Shown one piece after another: positions 12,201 through 22,085 of a stretch of 64,000 nucleotides of DNA. The notes beneath the pieces are model-generated. The model worked only from the letters and a program-made list of their open reading frames with translations, was not told the DNA's origin and did no database searches. The stretch is from NCBI GenBank assembly GCA_045837725.1, contig JBEWZL010000011.1, positions 62,001 to 126,000 on the forward strand, given 5' to 3'. The DNA comes from Vermamoeba vermiformis (lineage: Eukaryota). The position numbers and the translations under genes were made by a program. The stretch's first letter is position 1, and every line of letters begins with the position of its first letter.

Positions 12201-14430
12201 ACAACACCTTGCCTCTTGTCAAGACCTACGTGACCGAGGCTCGCGCTGCTCTTTCAACCTTGGAAGGTACAATCACTGCTGCCATGGGCAGTAAAGCTGC
12301 CGCCGGTACTGAATCTAGCGCTGGTACTCCTGCTGTCAAGGCCTCATCAGGTAATTATTTCACGTTAATTAATTGCTTTCGGATCCGATTCTAATTCAAC
12401 ATTCAGTACCCAATGCACCTGGCTTCCCCAGCGGTCCTATCCAATCCACGGTTGGTCCTTGGGTTATTCACATGAACTCCCCGTTGTCCAGCGTTCAAGC
12501 CCAGTCTTCTACCCCTGCTCAGACTCGCAGTTTCCTCATTAAGTGGAACACTAACATCTTGAAGATCAACGGCGAGTGGAAGAAGGCTGTAAATGAGTTG
12601 ATGCGCATGGCCAAGGCCGCTGAAGTTGTGTCAACGGCTAATAACGCCGGCTACTACAAACCTCCTGAATACATCTATGGCAAGTGGGCCGTTGCTCTTT
12701 CGTTGGTTAAGGAGATGGAGGCACAAGTCAACGAGCTGCCGGCTGATGAGCTGAAGACCACCATGCTCGAACAACTCAAGACAGCTCGCACTCAACTCAA
12801 AGAGAACGACAAACGCAACAAATTAGTCTCCGAATTTGTTAGTGTCGTGGAGAAGGCCAGTCGTTTGCACCACCGCCTTGTATGTGAGGTAGAGCAGCCC
12901 TTGCGCGACAACATCTTGGGCTTCGTGGACGAAGTCGCTTCTGAATGGCACTCGCTCAACATGAAGTTCCCGAACATCCCTCCGTTCCAAGAGAAGATGG
13001 ACAAGTTGATCAATGGTCAAATGCACGCTGGCAAGGTCACCTCGATCCTCGAAACTATTAAAGCCATGGCTACGAATGTCGACAGCAAAGTGCCTATTCA
13101 CAAGCAAGAACGTATTATCAACGGACTTAAACAGCTCGAGAAGTGGCCTGTTGCGCACCGTGCAGCTATCTTCCGTTTGCAGAAGGTTTGGAACAACTAC
13201 TTCCGCTTCTTCCAAGAAAATTGGAAGCCCGAGTTCGAGCCTGAATGGCCCACGCCCTCTGCTCCCGCTGACTTGTGGCAGCCTTCTGAAGAAGACGTTG
13301 GCCTTCCTGGCTACGAGATGATTCGTCCTGGCACCCCTGCTCAAAGCGGTCTTCCTTTCGCTAACAGACCTGATAGCACGAAGGACTCTATTTTCGCTGA
13401 ATACACGTTGCCTTTTGCCGGCAAGATCGTCTTTGCCAACGAGACTATCCAGCCTCAAATCAAGAACAAGGACGCCTTTAAGACTAAGTTCAACTTGACT
13501 GATCCGATCTTTGCACGTGCTGTTTGGCCGCGATCTATCGCCAACTATGCGATCGGCAAGAAGAAAGACGGCAGCCCTGTGTACCCCGCTGACGGCCTCA
13601 TGGAAGACCCTCGTGCTCCCAACTTAATCATGTCGTTGGTGCTCAAGATCAATGGCAAACCCGTGTCCAAGAAGTACGCATTCCAAGACTGCTTTGGACA
13701 CTTCGGCGGCAACGCGAAGATGTACAACACGCAACAGACCGTTGGCTTTGAGATCTTGGGCTTGCCTATGGCCCCTGAATCGTTCTACACTGGCTGGGAT
13801 TTGATGCCCAGAGTGCTCTACGGCCAACTTCTGCGCGCTGGTGCTGGCACTCACAAGGTCGAAATGTCGCTCCATTACAACCTTTTTGATACCGATCCCA
13901 CGCATCAAAATCTGAAAGACGGTCCTACCAACATTGACACTTTGACATCTCATCCCTTGGCCGAGGGTTCATTCGAGGTCGTTGTTCCTGCTGGTGCAAA
14001 GATGCCCGACTCTTTTGGACCAATCAACGTTGAGCCCGCGCCGTTGCAAGCACTCCAAACTTACTTCCGTGACCACCGCGAACACATGGTTTGGGCCAAG
14101 CTCGAAGACGATTGGCAGATCCGCGAAGAAGCACAAGAACTTCTTGAATACGATAGGTTCAGCAAGGTTATGGTCAAGACTAAGATCCCTGCTAAATATG
14201 GCAAGGCGTACGGCTGCTTGACGTACAAGAGCCCCGAAAACAAGTGGCCGCAAGAAGCGATTACGTACTACGTCGTGATTGTTATTGCTGGCCCCAAGAA
14301 GACTTGGTCTGAAGGCATTGAAGGTATCTCTGTGTTCCGTCAAGGCGCCCAATTCGAAGCTGACTTCTTGCCGGATTCACTCCTCTCCACCATCCCGAAC
14401 AGATGCGAGCCCAAGTTCCGTAATCTCTAA
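9251..14430 (+). CDS. ~1,707-aa protein with 12 tandem 78-aa helical repeats and an uncharacterised C-terminal region
   Basis: ORFs 9191-12394 and 12373-14430 are joined in frame by a phase-1 intron at 12351-12406 (GTAATT...CTAAT...TTCAG). ATG at 9251. Strong bias to C-ending codons. Confidence 0.9.
9494..12290 (+). repeat. Intragenic tandem repeat, 234-bp (78-aa) unit, about 12 copies
   Basis: DDKIREAK starts at 9728, 9962 and 10196 (234-bp period). The DMHFHN-like motif recurs every 234 bp from ~9539 to ~12113. Confidence 0.95.
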
Positions 14431-14545
14431 TACGGGATCGTGCAAATAGTGCATTAGTGTTAATAAATACCAATTTTAAATATATTACGTGGAATTTATC
14501 GTTACGTCAACCATAAACATTGAAAGAATTCCGAAAAATCAATAT

Positions 14546-16303
14546 TTACAATTCGCCGTTTGTTAAAGTCGTTTGGTTTTGTACGACCTCGCTCAAGTTT
14601 GCATTAATTACGTCCATAATACTTTCCAAAGCTCCTATTGTCAAATCATACGTATACCATGCGTCTGGTTCTTGTTGTAGATTTAAAAATACGACTTGGA
14701 GGTACTCAAACTGATGTTTGATCCACATCCGCTCGGCAGGTTCAATAATGTTCGAATAAAATTGTTCTACGTGTTGAATGCACCTATCAAATTCTTGTTC
14801 CATATTATTAGGCATGTTGATCATCGCTAATGCCTTCAATCCGTATACTAGAACTCCATAGAATTGATAATGAGTGGATCCATAAAAAATGGCAAAATAT
14901 TTCTCAGCATTAGCGGCATATTTCCATAAATAACTAAGAAATTATTAGTTACATTACATACTAATATAATTATTATTCTTACTTAAGTGCTCGTGCATCT
15001 TCATGAGTACGAAGTTTCGATAAGCGCGATAAAAATGCCATAATTCGAGCAAGTTCCTTGAACAGTGCTAACTCTAACTATAATATACAGTCTATAAGTA
15101 TATGATTATATTTGATATAATGAACCTACAGTAATGTTGGCGCCTTGAAATGACTCCAACTTGCGGATCCAAATATCGGTGTCTTTGCAACTCTGAATAG
15201 GCGCTATAATTATTAACGTGTACGTTAGCCTAAATATACATATTAGTATTATAAGAAATAATTTATATAGGCAGTTCTTACTCTTCTACAATTCGTGGAT
15301 CTAAAGTTTTCTCGTTTATTCGTAGTAGATCCGCTGCTCGTTGCCATAAAGATGGGATCGTCTCATAACTCTTCTTAAATATCATATAGAAAATGCTGTA
15401 TATTGATGATAATATGAATTGCTTCGTTGATTCCGGATCGAGTACCGAAAGGTTCTTAACTGCTGGCAGTTCTAGGATAGCCATCGCTGCGCGATGAAAA
15501 TGGGCCGCTTTTATATCAAGATGAAGTAATTTTGACCCTAAATAGAATCATAGTTAGCTCGATCCAGTCCAGTACAATTTCCAAAAAAGGAAAATCAAAA
15601 ATTAAACGAATTTTTCTGCTGTTAAAATTAGTCAATTTAACGTACCTATTGCAAACATTGAACTTTGACTAAGGAGCTGCAGCATCATTTCGAAATTGAA
15701 GACGGAACTTCCGGCAAAGAGGTCATCCGGAATTTTTGTAGTAAATAGTCGGTGATAGAACAATCCAGAGAACTCCGTTGCATAGGCAACAGTTGTATGC
15801 GGCATAAGCGGCTTCATTAAGCGATAAAATGCTGCTGTTGTAGCCTGCACTACCTGCAGCATCGAGTCGCAAAATCCAGGTTCGATCCCGCAAGCTTTGG
15901 CTGCTAAAGGGACTCCAGGCGGTAATACTACATTTTCTTCTACTCTTTTTTCTATATATTCATGGTGCGGATGTGCTATTACGTTATTTTGGGGCTCAAT
16001 GTCGATCTTGATCGGATTTTGTTGGGGCGGATTCTCGATACTTCTTTTTCTCTTTCGTTTGGAAGGCGGAGCTGTATATTCGCATTGCAATCCTCGACTT
16101 ATGCATTGAAAACAAGCCAATCGATAATCACATTTGATTTTGCGCTTCTTGCAAGAGTCACACGGCCTGTCGAACTGAAGCGACGGATCTGCATTCCGTT
16201 TTGTGTCATTATTAGAGTAAGTATTGTACTCCATATTGGTCTGCATACTTGTTGTGTTGTTATATTTTGATTTGTGAAATGACGTTCGAGCAACTGGTCC
16301 CAT
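14546..16303 (-). CDS. Zn(II)2Cys6 binuclear-cluster transcription factor
   Basis: CDSCKKRKIKCDYRLACFQCISRGLQCEY matches CxxCx6Cx5CxxCx6C and is followed by a basic NLS-like KRKRKR. Downstream exons run to the stop at 14546. The start Met is uncertain. Confidence 0.9.
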
Positions 16304-16983
16304 CCGTTAAAAATCGTCGGATGTAGAAATTTCCAGCTCCGAACGACTCTTCTCGGACGTCGTGCTTTTAGAAACTTCTATTTTCCAGGATGCAAAGCAG
16401 AGGCGCCGCCTAGCAGATTTTCGGAGTTGCAATTTACCAGAAGCTTCTAGATGATCTTGAAAATGAATGATTAATCACAATTTTAAGGTGAGTTTAATTA
16501 AATTTAATATTTAGGTTGATTTTCCGTCGTGAAACTAGTGCTGGTAAAGCCATGACATTACATCCGACGGAAAATCAACTGCAGATGTTACTTATTATTA
16601 ACGTGGTTTAATTATATGATAACTCTTACCAATATTTTATGTTATTTTGAGCACGATTATTATTTGAATTTCTTGAAAGCTCTGCTCATCTCAAGCCTAA
16701 CCTTTAACCTTAGTTTCTTCCTGTCCAGTGGATCGTATACAAACCACTGCTAACAAAGCTTTTAATGTGCACACTTTATTATTTACTGATGTGCTCATCA
16801 TTATCGTTGTTGCAACAACCATCACCTCGTTGAAAAAACTTTTTCTTGTGTGATACAAAGCTACTAGTGGCGTATGAGCAGTCAACGCATGCAATAAATA
16901 GATTTAATAACTCCATAAAATATTTCCTTGCTGAGGTGCTGATCCAAATCCACCCGAGCTCGAAATTCTAGCTAAAGCTACTT

Positions 16984-19570
16984 TTATTTGCCAGCATTGC
17001 TTGGTGGTAAAGCAAAGAAATCGCCGTACACAGGCGTATGATCACTCACTCGGTCTTGTCGCTTGCCCAGGCCTTGTGGTGCTTTGCTGTACTTGGCAAA
17101 CAATCCATGAGCAATACCACAGCTGGTGACTTGCTCGTCTAGATTAGGACTGATGAATATATGATCAAGCAAGCACTTTTTCTCCGACACGCGATCAACG
17201 TAGTCATCAAAGACGACGGAGTACATCTGATCTTCAGGCAGATTCGACTTTTCGTTCAAAAGTGCTTTGAGCAATTTCTTCGCATAGAACGGGCTGCCCA
17301 TCAAAATTTCAACGCTGTCGAACAGCAAATAATATTCTTCGAAGAAATCCATGCCTGCAATAAAAACGTAAGTAATCGTCCGAGGTAAACTTTTCAGCAG
17401 ATCCGCACGCCACCATCGACACAGCTAATGACAGATAATATTGATTATGATACTTACCGGGACCATCGTTCAAATCACCGGCAACAACGACCATTGCGTC
17501 TTTATGTCTCGCAAAAATAACGCTGTCAATGCACTTGCGGACACGTGTACTACAAATCCATCAGTTAGTTTCTATTTCCTTATTTGGTTCTTCGAATTAG
17601 CGTACCATTCAGATGCAATTCTTCTACGAGTCTTAACAGCCTTTCGAATGTACTCTTGTTGTTTTTCAGGTTCGAGACTTCGCCACAATTCTTCACCTTC
17701 TCCCACGTGCTTTGATTTCAAGTGCAAAGCAATGAAGAAAATTGGTTGCTTAGGATTATTGGGCAAATTAATCTCTGCTTGAACGACGACAGGTCTGCGA
17801 GTGAATCCGTAACTTTCTAATTTGAACTGGCCGCTGACATCGAAATCCCACTTCTTCGCCAAGAAATCGTTTGACTGAATTTTGCCATATTAGGATATAC
17901 ATTATAAAGCACGTGATTATTGTAATGACTTACGGGTGCGTGCAGCTTGGCGTCAGAGACAGGACCGTTCTTCTTGGTCATAATGTAGATTCGTTGGTGA
18001 TCGCCGTCAATGCCTCCAAAAGCATCATAGGCGTCGTTCAAATAGGTCTTAATCCAAAACTTCAATTTGTCCAGATTAGCAGGACCTGCAAGGATAAAAT
18101 TAAGTCCGTGAAAAAAAATCCAAAAATATCAATGTTTTTTACCTTCTTGAATGCCCATCACGTCCGGATCTAGTTCCTTAATTAGGCCGGCAATTCTTTT
18201 GCTCAATTCGTTGCCATCAGTGATGCCTTCATTGCGACTTTGAGTGATGATCGTGAACGTGCCATCAGAATCTATCAAAACCATTTTCAGTATTAAGTAC
18301 AGCTCATATAAAATATAATACTATTAATGGTGAAGTTACTTACGCTCTTCAATGATTTGATCGAACCACTCGATGTTCCAGGAGGCAAATCGCAAGCGTC
18401 CGGTGCGGGTACATTCGGGCGTCGGAATAACAATCTCTTTGGTGATGACAGGAGCAGTGACTGTCACATTGGATGCAGCTACGACCTCTTTAGCGTCCTT
18501 ATTAGTGACGGTTGCTTTGGCGGTCTCCTTAGTCGCAGTAGTTGTCGTAGATACGACGGTTGTCGCGCTCTTTTCGGCGTCTTTGGGAAGAACCTCTACA
18601 ACTGTTGCTTGCTTCTGTTCGGTATTTACAGCTAGCTCGACCTTCTTGTCGCCTTGCGTCTTCTCGACTACGTTTTCGTTTGATTTCTCCGTAGTTTTTA
18701 CGGCCGCAACTTCTGGATGTGGAGCCTCGACAACGATCGTAGGCGAGTTTACCACGGCAGTTTTATCGTTGTTAGGCTTCTTTTCTTCTACGTTAGTATT
18801 ATTGACGGTATTATCAGGCTTTTTCTCGGGAGTTTTCGAAGTCATTTGAATTTCATGAACGGTTCGTTCCAGTTGCTGGATTTGTTTTTGATGGAGCTCT
18901 TGGACCTTAACTAAATTGTAGATTTGTTGCTGGAGGTTCCTAGTAGTCGCAGTATCCTTCTTATACTTGGCGCTTTCGGGAATTTGATAAAATCGCGAAT
19001 CATAATCGTCAAAATCTTGAGCTCCCTTGAATCTCTTGCCGTGAGGCACTTGATCTTTGGGGATAAATATTTTAACCTTCTCTTTGCTTTTAGAGCGTGA
19101 TCTGTATCATAGATAAGGTCAGTTTCGTGTGAACCTGAAATTTAATGAAAAGGCATCCTAAAAAATATTAAAATTCAAAAATCTGACGGTTAATTATACC
19201 GTCACGGTATTATATAATACATTACTATAATTATCGTAAATTACCTATTGCGTTTATCATCCCGACGGTTGTATTTGTCGTTATCTTTTTCAGCATAAGA
19301 GCCTGCACGTCCTCTATGATGATCTTCGTGGTCTATATGTGCGCCACTACTAGGAGAAGGTGAGGCAGTCCAAGGAGATCGAGCCATAACTTCGCGCAAA
19401 GTCTTTTCGTTGGGAGATTCGGGCACGGAGAATTCAGCGTCTTCTTCCTCTGAAGTCGAATTGTCCTCGCTGGAAGGGATCCGAATAGGCTGCGAAGGTC
19501 CTTGCAGTTCATCGTCGTCGTCTTCGACCGGTTTAGCTCGACGACGATTGCCTTGTTGTTTCAAATCCAT
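16984..19570 (-). CDS. Endonuclease/exonuclease/phosphatase (EEP, DNase I-like) family protein with a long low-complexity N-terminus
   Basis: Motifs FASWNIEWF, HLKSK, VVAGDLND, LLDHIFIS and SDHTPV across spliced exons. The N-terminal exons are acidic and T/V/K/E-rich. Confidence 0.85.
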
Positions 19571-19635
19571 TGTGAAATTTTGAAAATAAACCGAAAAATC
19601 AGATTTTTTTTATTCACGCGAACTGAAACGATCCA

Positions 19636-20881
19636 ATGACTTCATCACACGTTTCAACACCTATATTACACGTCGGTGTATACCAAGGAGGATGCGCAGA
19701 AGGTGTAGAAGCAAATCTGAAATTGTTAGAGAAAGTTACTGCACAAAAACGAGATCAGAAATCAGATCTAGTAATATTTGCTGAATTATTCCTCTGTGGA
19801 TATTGCATTGGTCCTAAATTCCACGAAGGTACGATTAATAAAAGCATATTAAAAATAAAAATATCAAGTAAACGTTGGAAAACGGTTAATAAGAACTTAT
19901 GATATATACGCGACGATCAATAATTAATATTTACTTGTATTAATTAATAGTATGATATTACTGCTCGCTAATTACTTTACAGTGGCTGAAGAAGCAGATG
20001 GACCATCGTTTCAATTTATTTCAACGGTAGCGAAGAAAAACAACATAGGAATTGCATACGGATATGCTGAAAGGTATGTATATATATGATATTTTATCCT
20101 ATTAAATATGTTAGTAAGTCAATCCGCTTACAGATCCAAAGAAAATTCGACAGTCGTTTACAACTCAGTTCAAGTCCTCGACAAAGAAGGCAAATCAATA
20201 CTAAATTATAGAAAAACACATGTATGGGGTCCATATGAAAACGAGTTCTTTACAAAAGGCGACGTTTTGCCTCCCGTTGTTGACTTTTGTGGTAAGCATT
20301 CAGATCCGCTTGTTTATGATAACTGTACCATGAAACACGTACTAATAATGGATATTGATATTAGGAATGAAAATTAGCGCTTTAATATGCTACGATATTG
20401 AGTTTGTTGAACCAGCCCGGATCTTGGCAATTAATGGCGCTCAATTATTGATCGTACCGACAGGTAATTATTATCTACTTTATATCGTACATCTATAATA
20501 CTTATATAAATCCACATAGCCATCGTTACCACTGAAATGTCGAGATTGACTATTCCTTGCCGCGCTTATGAAAATAACGTATTTATCTGCTATGCAAATC
20601 GAGTTGGATTAGAGCCATGTCCTCATTGGAAGAGGAACTTGAATTTTGTAGGCAATAGCGTTATATGTAAGTCCTTGTAGTGCTTAAATCGGTGAGTTTT
20701 CTGATTCTGGTTGCCAGATGCGCCGAATGGAATTGAGATGGCAAGAGGAAATAACACTAAAGAAGAGCTTCTTATTGCCGAGCTAGATTTTTCGAAGAAT
20801 TCTTACAGAGAAAAGAACGCGCAGAATCCTTACTTCACTGATAGGCGGCCAGAATTGTACGAGCAGATCCTGAAAAAGTAA
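19636..20881 (+). CDS. Carbon-nitrogen hydrolase (nitrilase superfamily amidase)
   Basis: Catalytic triad motifs IFAELF (Glu), YRKTH (Lys) and LICYDIEF (Cys); also RAYEN and C-terminal DRRPELY. Multi-exon. Confidence 0.93.
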
Positions 20882-21330
20882 ACCAACCCCGATATATCGG
20901 AATCTACTACATTAGACAGACAAGCGCACCCTCTTATTGCTTTATTGGTGGAGCGAGTGAAATTTGATAATGAGGGTTAGGGTTAGGGTTGCGGTTGCAC
21001 CATATCGATACATGCTCCGTGTCCTCGTCACATGATTTGAATACGGGTTACCAGGATGCACGGAGTGATGGTCGGAAGTTTATTGACTACTTTGAGCGGG
21101 CCTATACGAGGCTTGTGTAAACTTGACAAGACCAGACTTGGCTTGATACAGATCTGAAGAGCAGCAAAATCGATTTTCCTTAACTGGACTATGCAATATT
21201 TCTAAACTATCAAGGACAAACGGCGAAGCGCGGCGAAAATCACATTTGAGCGGATGTCCGATCACTCACGATTTAATAACCCAACAATTTTATTTTATCT
21301 AACAAAACAAAACAATACATTACACGAAAA

Positions 21331-22024
21331 ATGACCACCGCCATCTTGTGCTGCGACTTCCAACCTGATATTCTTGGCATATTGGAGCCTGACGCCAAGA
21401 CAAACGTCATAGCCAAAGCGCAGCAAGCTCTCGAAGCTGCACGAAGCAAAAATTTATTTACAATTTTTATTCGTGTGGCCTTTAGACCTGGATACCCAGA
21501 AGTTAGTCCCAACAACCTGGTAAATATTCTACATTTTTAAAAAAATATCTAACGAAATTTCTGGCTCGATCTAACATTTATCAGGCCTTCGCTGGTGTTA
21601 AAGGTTTCAATCGTGTCATCGATGGTACTCCTGGTGCTGCAATTATTGATGAGCTCAAACCAAGAGACAATGAAGTCGTTCTGACCAAGACCAGATTCGG
21701 TTCTTTCAGCACAACTCCTCTTCGTACAATTTTAACAGCACAAGGCGTCAACCATATTGTGATATTCGGAGTATCGACTAGCGGCGTTGTATTGACTACT
21801 GTTCGCGAAGCAGCTGATATGGACTTCAAAATCACCGTCATAAGTGACGCGTGCGCAGATCGATCCGCTGATGCCCACAAAGTCCTAAACGGTACGCTAG
21901 TTTAATATCTATTTAGCACCATTGAACTTACTAACAAATTTGGTCAGAGATTATTTTCCCCCGTCAAGCTAGTGTTGTTACTACAGATCAGTGGATCGAG
22001 TCTCTTAATGCCACGAGCCACTAA
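21331..22024 (+). CDS. Isochorismatase-like (cysteine hydrolase superfamily) protein
   Basis: Exons 21331-21519, 21585-21891 and 21948-22024 give TAILCCDFQ, KTRFGSF, GVSTSGVVLTTVREAADMDF, DACAD and IFPRQA. Confidence 0.92.
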
Positions 22025-22085
22025 TCCGTTCAATAAATAAATGTGCTTTATCATAATACATTGGCAATTTATTTTTTATCGCGCG

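Noticed and set aside
9494-12290. Regularly spaced repeats as a CRISPR-like array
   Set aside because: The units are in-frame 234-bp coding repeats with no unique spacers, in a spliced eukaryotic gene.
9581-14352. Long antisense and alternate-frame ORFs (up to 327 aa) over the repeat-protein gene
   Set aside because: Shadow ORFs expected from strong codon bias and repetition on the coding strand; no independent motifs.
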